From Adineta vaga (taxonomy: Eukaryota; Animalia; Rotifera), in the NCBI GenBank assembly GCA_021613535.1, contig CP075492.1:20290755-20354754 (forward strand): a stretch of DNA of 64,000 nucleotides, read 5' to 3'. The notes below the pieces were generated by a model, which was given only the letters and a program-made list of their open reading frames with translations, was not told the DNA's origin and searched no databases. The position numbers were made by a program, and so were the translations under genes. This document shows, piece by piece, positions 1-9,815 of the stretch; position 1 is the stretch's first letter; each line of letters starts with the position of its first letter.

Positions 1-311
1 GTTGCTGTAGATAATGCTGAAGATGATAGTGAAACTGGAGGAAAAACTGGTAAAACTGATGCACGAGCCAGATTATGTTCACCAAGTGTACGTATTTGAT
101 ATGGTTCAATGACAGTACCACTTGAATCATTATCATCAGCATCATTCGTATTCATAGGAGCTAACGTTGGCAAAGTTGGACTATTGCGTGCAGTTGCTGT
201 TGGTGAAATAGGATTCATATGAGCCATATAGAGTTCTTCACTTTCCAAATACATTGCCAACAATTCATCATCTGCGATAGTAGCTGTTGTTGATGGCTGT
301 TGTTGAGCCAT
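1..311 (-). CDS. N-terminal part of next Terminon ORF (MAQQQPSTTATIADDELLAMYLESEE...), runs off window
   Basis: ATG at 311, open frame read toward window start. A pyrimidine tract and AG acceptor lie at 336-337. Acidic, Pro/Ser-rich N-terminus like ORF 3791. Confidence 0.6.
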   Translation of the reverse strand, partial: MAQQQPSTTATIADDELLAMYLESEELYMAHMNPISPTATARNSPTLPTLAPMNTNDADDNDSSGTVIEPYQIRTLGEHNLARASVLPVFPPVSLSSSALSTA

Positions 312-437
312 AATTGTTTGATTCAATTACAAAATCTACAATTGTAAACAAAAATTAGAAAGAGAAAAGTTAATCAATTAAATTTAGATGAAAACTTTAA
401 AATAAAAAGCATGCAATAGAAACGAAATGAAAAATCT

Positions 438-2381
438 CTATTGAACTAAGAGAGTATTAGATGAATAGCAATGTTTAGTTGTAAGACGAATTCGTAGGCC
501 TGATTTTTGAAAATTAGGATCTTGATTAAGAATTGTAGACCAAATATGATAAAATTTCTGATTAAATTCATATCTTCTACCCCAATCATATAAATAATAG
601 AATTCAATGGAACGATGTTTTTGTTGTCGTTGTTGTTTTTGTTCTTCTCCTAATGTATATTTTTGTTCATTGAAATATTGGAAGAGTTGAGTACGAAATG
701 AATCGTATTGTGTTCGATTGAGATACAATGAATTTTGAGATGGATAGAATCGCTGAAGAAATTGTTGTTCAAGATATTCAATAAAATCCAATGAATAACC
801 ATTGGCAAGAAATGTTAATTCAATTTGTAGTCGTTCTTCTTGAAAATCAGCTAGAAAAGAACAATAGTGAATAGCACGTGCAAGTGCAAATCGAAACCAT
901 TGCCGATGAGTAATTCTTGGATGTTTGCTTGCATATGGTAATAGAAAGAATTGTTTATGATTAATATCATGATAAACACATGTCATTAAACGTCCATTGA
1001 CATTTTCAATATATGCATCAAGAAAATGTACATAACTACCACTTGATTCTGTTAATTGTACATCTGGATGTTGTTCATTCAATTCAAGAATACATGTACT
1101 GAATGAGTCCGTTGAATTGTTCCATGTCAGAATACCTTTCTGATGATATCGTCCATAGAATCCACGATTTAAACGAACAAGACGAACAAGTGGTAATTGC
1201 CAATATTGTAGATAAATATCGATTAATAATTCCATTAACGGTAAATTCATTGGACCACCACGACTATAACGATAGATTTTTCCATTGTATGTAAAGATAT
1301 TATTGGATAAAACTAATCGAACTAATTCCATAATGCGCTTAAATTTTGATTGATCTTGCGGCTTGGTATTCAGTTGATGATTTAAGAAACGTTCTAATGT
1401 ATTGAGTAAATCTGTATGTGTTACTCTTGTTGATAAATCATGAATTTCATATGTAATAAACTGAGTATTTAATGTAAAAGAATCACTTTGTGAAGTAAAC
1501 TGTTGTAATTTTTGTATAAAATCAATACCGTTGATTAATTTTGTTGATTGAGCAAATTTCTCAAATAATGGCCGTAAAATTTGATCAAGATATATTGATA
1601 GTTTGTAGATAGGAGACTTGAGACATGATGAAAGTCTTGGCTTTACTAACGTATTATCATCGGACGGTTGTGGTAAAAAATAAAGATATGATAATTTCAT
1701 TTTTGATGAATCATTAATATGAAATTTTTCTAAATATTCCATCGATATAAGACGTTTCAATTCCAATTGATTCAAAGTCACATTGATTGCTTGTATAATT
1801 TTATTTAATTGTTGTTCTTCTGAATTAAATTCATCAATAGTATAGATCACTTCATAACAATTCTGATTATTTTCCATATAATCCAAAGATTTCATTTGAA
1901 ATTCAGTTTGATCACCAAGATAATATGTATTATAACCATCTGCAGTTCGTTTGAAGATTAGTTGATCTTTTTCAAGTTCAAATCGAATTGATTCCATTAT
2001 TTGTTTTTCATAACGAATACGTTTTTCAAGTGTAACTGATATAGGTTGTTTAAATGATTTGATAAATTCGTTTTCAAGTCGTCGCCGAAAAGAACTTTGA
2101 CGCATAAGATCAATAGAATATTTATTGAAAAATGCGGTTAATTGGCGACGAAGTGGCATAATTTGTTTGGTAAAAATTTGAGCAAGTGTAGAAGATGATG
2201 TTGATAAGAGACGTATTTGGCATGGTATGACGTAGGTTGGTCCACGATTAAGAAATTGTAATTGTTCATAAGATAGATTATTTAATACATTTTGATACAT
2301 AGTTGGTGGACATTTAACATTGGAGAAAAGGCTCCGACGATTCAAATCGAGCTTTTGACCGTCGGAGCATTGACGAAAAAA
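438..2381 (-). CDS. Catalytically inactive Athena-like reverse transcriptase, expressed by -1 frameshift from the upstream CC-ORF
   Basis: PLE RT motifs (L..GPTY, ADG, YFLP, FLDAYI, LLPY.S.HP, NGY) are present, but the catalytic motifs are replaced: YEIHDLST, GGPMNLP, RYHQK instead of RYIDD. Intact, intronless frame, open from the slippery site. Confidence 0.85.
   Translation of the reverse strand, partial: FFRQCSDGQKLDLNRRSLFSNVKCPPTMYQNVLNNLSYEQLQFLNRGPTYVIPCQIRLLSTSSSTLAQIFTKQIMPLRRQLTAFFNKYSIDLMRQSSFRRRLENEFIKSFKQPISVTLEKRIRYEKQIMESIRFELEKDQLIFKRTADGYNTYYLGDQTEFQMKSLDYMENNQNCYEVIYTIDEFNSEEQQLNKIIQAINVTLNQLELKRLISMEYLEKFHINDSSKMKLSYLYFLPQPSDDNTLVKPRLSSCLKSPIYKLSIYLDQILRPLFEKFAQSTKLINGIDFIQKLQQFTSQSDSFTLNTQFITYEIHDLSTRVTHTDLLNTLERFLNHQLNTKPQDQSKFKRIMELVRLVLSNNIFTYNGKIYRYSRGGPMNLPLMELLIDIYLQYWQLPLVRLVRLNRGFYGRYHQKGILTWNNSTDSFSTCILELNEQHPDVQLTESSGSYVHFLDAYIENVNGRLMTCVYHDINHKQFFLLPYASKHPRITHRQWFRFALARAIHYCSFLADFQEERLQIELTFLANGYSLDFIEYLEQQFLQRFYPSQNSLYLNRTQYDSFRTQLFQYFNEQKYTLGEEQKQQRQQKHRSIEFYYLYDWGRRYEFNQKFYHIWSTILNQDPNFQKSGLRIRLTTKHCYSSNTLLVQ
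2331..2381 (-). promoter_or_regulatory. Programmed -1 ribosomal frameshift signal
   Basis: T TTT TTC at 2381-2375, 6-nt spacer, stem GCTCCGACG/CGTCGGAGC (2368-2360/2339-2331) extended by TCAAA/TTTGA. The -1 frame is open into the RT. Confidence 0.85.
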
Positions 2382-3791
2382 CGTACTTTAAGATCATAAA
2401 GAGTTTGAAGACGTTCAGCAATATTTCGAAAACGTTGTTCCATAACAAAACACATTCCATCAGTAAATCTGTCATTAGCTAAATAATTACGTTGTTGCTT
2501 TTCAAATTGTTTGTATTCTATATCAAATTTTTGTGTATATTCTTCCATTTTAGCTTCAGCTGTTCGAATATATATCATTAACATATCAGCTTTCGTTCGT
2601 TGAAGAAGTTGTTCATAACCATAACTAATACGTCGTCGAACATCTTGATCTCGAACAGTTATTAATGTTGGTGGAGCTGGTATTCGAACAGAATTAAATA
2701 AATCAGAATAATATTGATTTGAAACACGTTGTTTTAATAGAGCAAGTTCTGTTTTTGCTGTTTCTTTATTTAATTTACTTTGAGAAAGATTTTCAAATAT
2801 TTTAAGCTAGAATTAAGAAAAGAAAGAGATATCTAGTTAGTTGGAGAAAGAAAAGTATCGAACTTACTTGATCAGCATAGGGAATTTCACGATTAAAATC
2901 AGATACAAATAATGCATCATAATAATCATATTTAATTATTGCAATTTCATGTTCAATAATAATTTGTTGTAGACGAATGCCATATTCTTGAACATAATTT
3001 GTAATAGTTTCATCTATTTCCGAAGTAAAACGATGATTCAATTGTATTTTGTTACCATTGAGTTGATGTGCAACAATTCGAGATTCTTTTTTGAGATAAT
3101 GTAGTTTTTTTGTAACATAATCATTACATGTAACATAATTTATTTGTTCGATTTTAGTACTGTTATGTTGTGGATCAGCAAGTATCATTGATTTCAATTT
3201 TTTAGGCCAAATACACAGCGGACTTCGTGATGTTAACTGGAGTCGTCGAGACATGGTTATTTGCCAATCAGATGATTCATCATTCATTAATCCACCTGTA
3301 CCTGAATCTAAATAAGTTTTCCAAAGTGAAATATGTAAATTAAGTAATGCCAATTTATGTTCAAGATATGCAATTTGTTGTAAATCTTCAATGGTTAAAT
3401 TACTTGTATTTGCTTGAAGATATGGTTGTATAGTTTCTTGAAATACTTTATTATCATTTGATAGATAATCTGGCATTTCATCTGATACTGGTATTGGTTG
3501 AAGTAAATCATTTTTAAATTTTTTTATAACCGATTCTGGTGATGTTGGTGATAATAATGGACGTTTTGTTGTTGTTGTTGTTGTTGTTACCGGTTCATTT
3601 GAAGCTGATAATTGACTTAATTTTTGTGATAAACGTTGTTCAACATCTGCTTTGTCACTATCATCATTATCAGTATCTTTACTAGGATTAGTAAAATATT
3701 GTAGGAAATCAATATCCACATCTTCGTTTTCATCCAAATCATCACCATGTTCATGAAAGATATCATCGAAGTGTTTTAATTCACCTGACAT
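2342..3791 (-). CDS. Terminon coiled-coil ORF (exons 3791-2868, 2806-2342)
   Basis: ORFs 2802..3791 and 2342..2584 are joined in frame by a 61-nt GTAAGT..TAG intron (2867-2807). Ends RFFVNAPT over the slippery site. Confidence 0.8.
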
Positions 3792-3935
3792 CTCTTAGTT
3801 TCGATTTTGACAATCTGAAATAAAAAGAAAACGAGAGAATATGAAGAGAGGATGCAAAAAAGAATTTTAAGGAATGACAGATAATTTTCTTGATTAATAG
3901 TATATAAAATGATTGGCAAAAAAACATGCAAAGAA

Positions 3936-5956
3936 TTAAGCTTGATTAATAAAATATTGTTGAACCAAAAGATTATATGATGAATAGCAATGTTTGGACT
4001 TTAAGACCATTTTTAAACTATTTCCTTTCACATTCGAATCTTGACCAATAATTTCAGACCAATGCTTATAGAATTGTGCATTGAATCGACAACGATTACC
4101 CCAATCATACAAATAATACAAGGAAATATATCGATGTTTTCGAATGAATTCTTTTTCTTCATTTCGAACAATTTTTTATTGTTGTATACTTCGAAGTAAT
4201 TGCTGTCGAAGATTCATAAATTGATCTTGATTTGATGGAATAACTATGCGATTGTTACTAGTATATCGTTGAAAAAATTGACGTAGATGATATTCAACAA
4301 AATCCAATGAATAGCCATTGGCAAGAAATGTTAATTCAATATATTGTCGTTCTTGTTGAAAATCTTCAAAACGAGTACAAAATTGACCAGCACGTGATAG
4401 AATGTAATGAAACCACTGCCGATGTGTTAATCGTGGATGATCAGATGTATAAGGTAATAGAAATAATTGTTTCATTGGATCATGATAGACATGTGTATAT
4501 AATTGACCATTTTGATTTTCGATATAAACATTGAAAAAATAAGCACTTGTACCAGTCACTGTTTTCAGTTTGAGTTCATTTGGTAAAGAATTTTTCATTT
4601 TATTGATAACAAATTTCAATTTTTCTTTTGTACTATTCCAAGTAAAGAAGACCTTATTATGATAGCGTGCATAGAATTCTGTTCCAAGACGAATATCTCC
4701 AATTAATCGTACTTCCCAACGAAACATATAGATACTACCTAATACTTCGATTAATGATAAATTTAATGGACATCCTTGAAGATATTTATAAATTTTTTTT
4801 TCATAAATAAAATAATTATTTTCCAAAACAATCTTTATTAATTCGATTAATGTATCAACTGTAAATTCAGGAAATCGATTCGTTGATGTTAAACTTGATA
4901 AGTAATCATTGACGCTCGATGTTAAACTTGAATGTGAAATATGAGAATAAAGATCAAGAATTTCCATTGTTACAAATAATGTATTGGATTTAAAATGATC
5001 TCTTTGTTTACAATATAAATAAAATTTTTTTATAAAATCACCACCATCAGCTACTGTTGTTGTTCGAGAACTATTTTCTATCATTGGTCGAAGATATTCA
5101 TCAAGATATTTAGCAAAAGCATAGATTGGACTTTGACGACATGAAGAAAGTCTTGCTTGTAATGAAAACATATCACCATTCTATCAAAAAGAATAACGAA
5201 CAAATCAGAAACGAATAATAATAAGAAAAATGATATTAATTGATCAATTTCTGGTAGAAAATACATATATGGTAATTTGAAAGATATTTTTGTATCAATG
5301 AGAAATTTTTCATAAAATTGTTCTGAAAGCATTTTATCTTTGAATAATTTTTCGAATTGAACATTGATTGATCGAACAATGTCATCAATTTGATTGGTAT
5401 CACCTACCAGTTGATAACGTTTTGTATTTTGTATATAAGTATCAGCTAAATCATAGAAATCTTGTATTGAACCAAGATAATATGTATTATATTCATCAGC
5501 TGTACGTTGTAAGACTAATCGATCTTTTCGAAGTTGATTTTCGATAGATTCAATTAATTTTCGTTCATATAATGTACGTTTTTCAACAGATTCTGGTAAT
5601 GGTACAGAAAATGATTCTATCATAGCTTTTTCAATTAATCGATTAAAATTCATTTGTCGTGACACATCAATTTGATATCTTGAATCTAATTTTGTTAATT
5701 GATTTCGTAAAGATGCCATTTGTCGAAGGACAATTTGATCTAACATAGAATTAGCTGGAACTAAATGCATTTGACCTGGTGATACATAAGTTGGACCACG
5801 TTGTAGAAATTGTAATTGTTCATCAGTTAGACGATGTTTAGTACATTGATACATTGTTGGAGAATAATATAAGGTAAGAGTTGATTTGTGATTAGAAATA
5901 GTGCTCCGACGGTGAATCAAATCTAATTCATAGCCGTCGGAGCTTTGACGAAAAAA
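3936..5956 (-). pseudogene. Second catalytically dead Athena-like RT, now disabled
   Basis: ORFs 5081..5920, 4176..5171 and 3936..4121 are collinear with RT 438..2345. The 59-nt intron 5239-5181 has a TT donor instead of GT, and there is an in-frame TAA at 4178-4176. RYHNK replaces RYIDD. Confidence 0.8.
5903..5956 (-). promoter_or_regulatory. Programmed -1 ribosomal frameshift signal (second copy)
   Basis: T TTT TTC at 5956-5950, 6-nt spacer, 10-bp stem GCTCCGACGG/CCGTCGGAGC (5943-5934/5912-5903). Confidence 0.85.
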
Positions 5957-6228
5957 CGTAATTGAATTTTGTAAATTGCTAAAATCCGTTGACTTTGATT
6001 TTTAAAATAACGTTCCATAATATTACACATGGTTTTTGTTAATTTTTTATGTGTAGGACCATGTATTTGATCACTATTGAATTTTGCCATATCATTATTA
6101 AATTTACTTTCATTTTCATTCATTTGTGCTTCCATTGTTGCTACTTGAACACTTGTTATATCCGAGACAGTTCGTTGTAAAATTTTATCATATCGTTCAA
6201 TTAAACGTTGACGTATTGCTGGATTAGT
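5923..6228 (-). pseudogene. 3' remnant of coiled-coil ORF truncated by telomeric repeats
   Basis: Homologous to the C-terminus of ORF 2342..2584 (ends RFFVKAPT). Abuts CTTGAGGG at 6229. Confidence 0.75.
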
Positions 6229-6230
6229 CT

Positions 6231-6252
6231 TGAGGGTGAGGGTGAGGGTGAG
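6231..6252 (+). repeat. Telomeric-type repeats (TGAGGG)3-TGAG
   Basis: Seen directly. TGAGGG and TGTGGG are bdelloid telomeric repeats. Confidence 0.9.
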
Positions 6253-6387
6253 TTTAAAAGTAATATTTAAACGAGTTCAAAGTTAAACAACCATATCTTC
6301 TGTTCACAGATATCAAAGTATTTAGAACAAATGCAACCACAGTGATATGTCTAAGCAAGTACGAACAACTTGCAAAGAAAGATCATG

Positions 6388-6458
6388 AAATCAAAGCAGG
6401 ACTCGAACCCACATCTTCCGATAAACGGTCGGCTGTTCTACCGTTAAACTATTTGATT
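6388..6458 (-). ncRNA. tRNA-like cloverleaf (GTT at anticodon position)
   Basis: Acceptor stem AATCAAA/TTTGATT, A-box TAGTTTAACGGTAG, B-box GGTTCGAGTCC. Non-canonical C33, T37 and G27.A43. Confidence 0.75.
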
Positions 6459-6790
6459 TTCTCTCCAACTAAGATATTAGTTGCATATCGAACATCTGTT
6501 TAAATATCTAAGATAGTAGGACAATAAAGATATCGATTATTTAAATGAACCCGTAGTGCTGCACGAGAACTTTATCCTAATACGAAGAACCTAATAAGAA
6601 TCATCTGAAGCAGCACAACAGAACTCTCTATTCACAATATTCAAGGGATATCCGAAAGATAATCAAGAATATTAGAACATTAGAGTTACTACTTCAGCAG
6701 TATGAAACCCATAAGTTAATCATTAGGAAATATACGCAGCAAAGTGTTTTCAAAGAAAGGTGAGTTTAAAAGTAATATTTAAACGAGTTC

Positions 6791-7130
6791 TGGGTGTGTT
6801 TGAAAATAGGTATAAAAGGATCAATAGTTAGAAATCTTTCCATTTGTCCACGAATCTATGACTGTCAAGTCATTCAAAGGAAACCACAGCGATATGTTTT
6901 AACAAATACGAACAATTTGTTAAAGAAGATCACTAAATCAAAGCAGGACTCGAACCTACATCTTCCGATAACCGGTCGGCTATTCTACCAATTAAACTAT
7001 TTGATATTCACTTCAGCTCATTAATAGCTACATATCAAGACTCTGAATAAGCATGAACATAGATAGAACAGGACATTAATGGTCAAGTGATTATCTAAGA
7101 TGATTCCTTATTGTTGCACGAGGACTAAAA
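6791..7130 (-). mobile_element. tRNA-mimic retro-unit subtype B, 5'-truncated
   Basis: Starts TGGGTGTGTTTGAAAATAGGTATA, as at 48391. Shared blocks extend to TTGCACGAGGACTA. Confidence 0.7.
6935..7006 (-). ncRNA. tRNA-like cloverleaf (GGT at anticodon position)
   Basis: ATCAAA/TTTGAT stem, TAGTTTAATTGGTAG, GGTTCGAGTCC. Confidence 0.75.
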
Positions 7131-7153
7131 TGATCAAATCAAGTATGTGGAAG

Positions 7154-7480
7154 TACGGGTTCATTTAAATAATCGACATCTTTATTGTTCTAGTATCTTA
7201 TATATTTAAACAAATGTTCGATATGCAACTAATATCTTAGTTGGAGAGAAAATCAAATAGTTTAACGGTAGAACAGCCGACCGTTTATCGGAAGATGTGG
7301 GTTCGAGTCCTGCTTTGATTTCATGATCTTTCTTTGCAAGTTGTTCGTACTTGCTTAGACATATCACTGTGGTTGCATTTGTTCTAAATACTTTGATATC
7401 TGTGAACAGAAGATATGGTTGTTTAACTTTGAACTCGTTTAAATATTACTTTTAAACTCACCCTCACCCTCACCCTCAAG
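7154..7480 (+). mobile_element. Inverted copy of subtype A unit ending in (CTCACC)n-CTCAAG
   Basis: Near-identical reverse complement of ~6229-6555. Confidence 0.85.
7251..7321 (+). ncRNA. tRNA-like cloverleaf (GTT), same sequence as 6388-6458
   Basis: AATCAAATAGTTTAACGGTAGAACAGCCGACCGTTTATCGGAAGATGTGGGTTCGAGTCCTGCTTTGATTT. Confidence 0.75.
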
Positions 7481-8257
7481 ATGACTACTGACAGCACTCA
7501 AACTGATTGTACTCCAAAAGAATCATTGTTAGAAAGTAATAATGATAAAACTTTTAATATGGATCAATCGTTAACGACTGACACTGTTATTGTCAGTCAA
7601 CAATCAATAATCCAATTCAATGCGACAAATATGATTCCAAGTCAAATTCCATCGATGCCAAATCGGATGCAATTAATTTCTTCTCATACTACAGCTCAGT
7701 TAGGCCGACGCCGTCGGCGAAGACGACAACGCCAAAGAAGACAACAACGACAACAACGGCAGCGACGACGACAGCAACACGAAAGACCGCAACAAGGAAG
7801 ACCATCTGAATTAATAAGACTACCACGATACCGACGATGGTCTTCAAGTGACAGTGAGCGTCGCTATTGGGAGGAGATGGGTTTTCCTGAATTCATAGAA
7901 GAGAACCTCACGCCAGTCTTGGAAACCTATTATTGGGAAACAATGGATCCAAACGAAAGACGAGAAGCATGGGAACAAAATCATTTAAACGAGTTACAAC
8001 GAAATACTGCATTAGATCAACAAGATTCTTCAGATTATCTCGAGGCGTTCGCTGTTCTTGAACACTTGCAATTAATAGAAGATGAAATCGAACAAACTCA
8101 TCAAATTGATTCAATTAAACAACTTGAAGCAGAGGAATTACAACGGCGATACAATGCAGAACAGATACAACTCCCGGAATGGCAACAAAATCCGTACGAA
8201 GAATACATTATCGCAGAACATAGCAAGTTAACATATGATGAAATGGAGGAATTATAA
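7481..8257 (+). CDS. Terminon-associated ORF with Arg/Gln-rich basic tract and acidic coiled-coil (probably 5'-truncated)
   Basis: 258-aa ORF starting exactly at the telomeric junction, followed by a 3' region with hammerhead-like motifs and telomeric tails (9171, 9485). Confidence 0.55.
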   Translation: MTTDSTQTDCTPKESLLESNNDKTFNMDQSLTTDTVIVSQQSIIQFNATNMIPSQIPSMPNRMQLISSHTTAQLGRRRRRRRQRQRRQQRQQRQRRRQQHERPQQGRPSELIRLPRYRRWSSSDSERRYWEEMGFPEFIEENLTPVLETYYWETMDPNERREAWEQNHLNELQRNTALDQQDSSDYLEAFAVLEHLQLIEDEIEQTHQIDSIKQLEAEELQRRYNAEQIQLPEWQQNPYEEYIIAEHSKLTYDEMEEL

Positions 8258-9101
8258 CCAATAGAAACATATCAAAGTCTACAAGTAACAGACCCGTAAA
8301 TGTAAAACCAAAACAAACTAAAAATTGTAAACATAGAGCAACATTTTCGATATTTACCTCAACTAATAAATCACACGAACATATCGGTCATTCTATTTCA
8401 TTTTTCTAACCCAATTTCAAATATACTAAAAATAACTTTTCAACATTTAGTTTCAGATTACTTTCATCCTCACACTTTCGCAAAACTTAATAACCAAGAT
8501 GACAACAGGTTTCGCTATCCTCAACTCTCAATTATCTGATATTTCACAACAACTTCAATTTCAGAGCGGATAAATAAACCATCAAATTAGACGAAGTCAA
8601 TACAAACACAAATCGATCTTATCGTTCTTCAAATAGGCGTCAACAAGCCCGATTATGTTTGACTAAAACTACTATTAATTCTGTTAGTGGATAAATTCTT
8701 CCTGCAATCATATATTTTTGATTATCGTATCACATGAATTTATTCCTATATGTTCATATGTTTCAGTTACTAGCGACAGAATATATATAAAATTCGTCTG
8801 AACCCGATCGAGCAAAACAGAAACAAAAGCTGTACTAGAACTCCACTATTTTGGGTCGCCTATCTATGCGAGATTATCACAATCCCAGACGCTCAATGAT
8901 GTTCAAGTCGATCGGTAAAATCTTGCTATGTATAAACGCTGAATCAACAATATTATCTTCAGAAACATAGATGTCACTAGGTTACAGTATCACGCAGTCA
9001 TTCACCGCTTTGTTTCTCAATAACAATATTCAATATACAAGGCTGATCAAAACATGATATAATGTGCTATTCGCATAATATACGAATAGTCATTCAATTA
9101 A

Positions 9102-9151
9102 TCAATCTAAAGAGATCCTTGAGCAAGATCGAAACAAGCGCTTGTCATGGA
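9102..9151 (+). ncRNA. Degenerate hammerhead ribozyme followed by TTCTA-CTCACACCCTCAAG
   Basis: CTAAAGA (from CTGANGA), GATC..GATC stem II, GAAA, CAAG/CTTG stem III, TC. Confidence 0.6.
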
Positions 9152-9420
9152 ACCGCTTATCCATATTCTACTCACACCCTCAAGATCGAAGTTTTGTCCA
9201 CTGCTGCATAGCTCAAGAATAACAGGTAACCAGTCGTGATATGCTCTTCCGTGTGATAGAAATGTTTGCTGAATATAGATCTTGACCAGTCTAGTCGATT
9301 AAGATTAGATAATATTTTAAGTCTAGTTATATTGTGCAAAGTAATCAAGATCATTGTATCTGAATCAATCTAATGTCTTAATCTTTTAAAGATTTATTCG
9401 CATAGATATAATATCTACGC

Positions 9421-9469
9421 TCCACCTGATGACATCCTGGCAAGACAGAAACAACACTGATGTCGTGGA
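9421..9469 (+). ncRNA. Degenerate hammerhead ribozyme followed by TTCTA-CTCACCCTCTAG
   Basis: TCCAC/GTGGA stem I, CTGATGA, GAAA, GTC. Stems II and III are decayed. Confidence 0.6.
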
Positions 9470-9815
9470 ATGCTTCTATTTCTACTCACCCTCTAGTTTA
9501 AAACTTGGTTTTCCATGCGAAATTCTAACTTTTATACAAAAGAAATGTCAAATTTGTAATCAATGTTAAAAATTGCGTACATCAACTCATGCAAATCTAT
9601 TGATCTCGAAAAAAGGTTTTTCAAAACTTGATCAGCGAAGTCGTGTTACGTGGGCAAGCCGTAATACTGTGTGCAGTCATTCACCAGCTCTTAACTTAAG
9701 TCCACTCCCTTCTGTCAAGAAAAGTCAGTTTTGATGAAACTGTTCGATTTGAGTAAAGTTTTCATTATCGCATTCATCAATCGTCTTTAAAATATAGAAG
9801 TCTTGAATTATTTAG

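Larger units (their letters stand above)
1..6228 (-). mobile_element. Athena/Terminon-type polycistronic Penelope-like retroelement, 5'-truncated at ~6228, continuing beyond window start
   Basis: Co-oriented series CC-ORF>(-1 fs)>RT-like, CC-ORF>(-1 fs)>RT-like, then another ORF. PLE-type RT motifs, no GIY-YIG domain, short introns. The truncation point is capped by (TGAGGG)n. Confidence 0.9.
6229..6790 (-). mobile_element. Non-coding telomere-tailed retro-unit (pLTR-like), tRNA-mimic subtype A, 512-bp period with ~31-bp terminal redundancy
   Basis: GTGAGTTTAAAAGTAATATTTAAACGAGTTC occurs at 6248 and again at 6760. Homologous to 6791-7130, 7154-7480 (inverted) and 48394-49040. Confidence 0.75.

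Noticed and set aside
7251-7321. Functional tRNA-Asn/tRNA-Thr genes
   Set aside because: C33, pyrimidine at 37, G27.A43 mismatch, 1:72 mismatch in two copies, and location inside a mobile unit. Reported as tRNA-like only.
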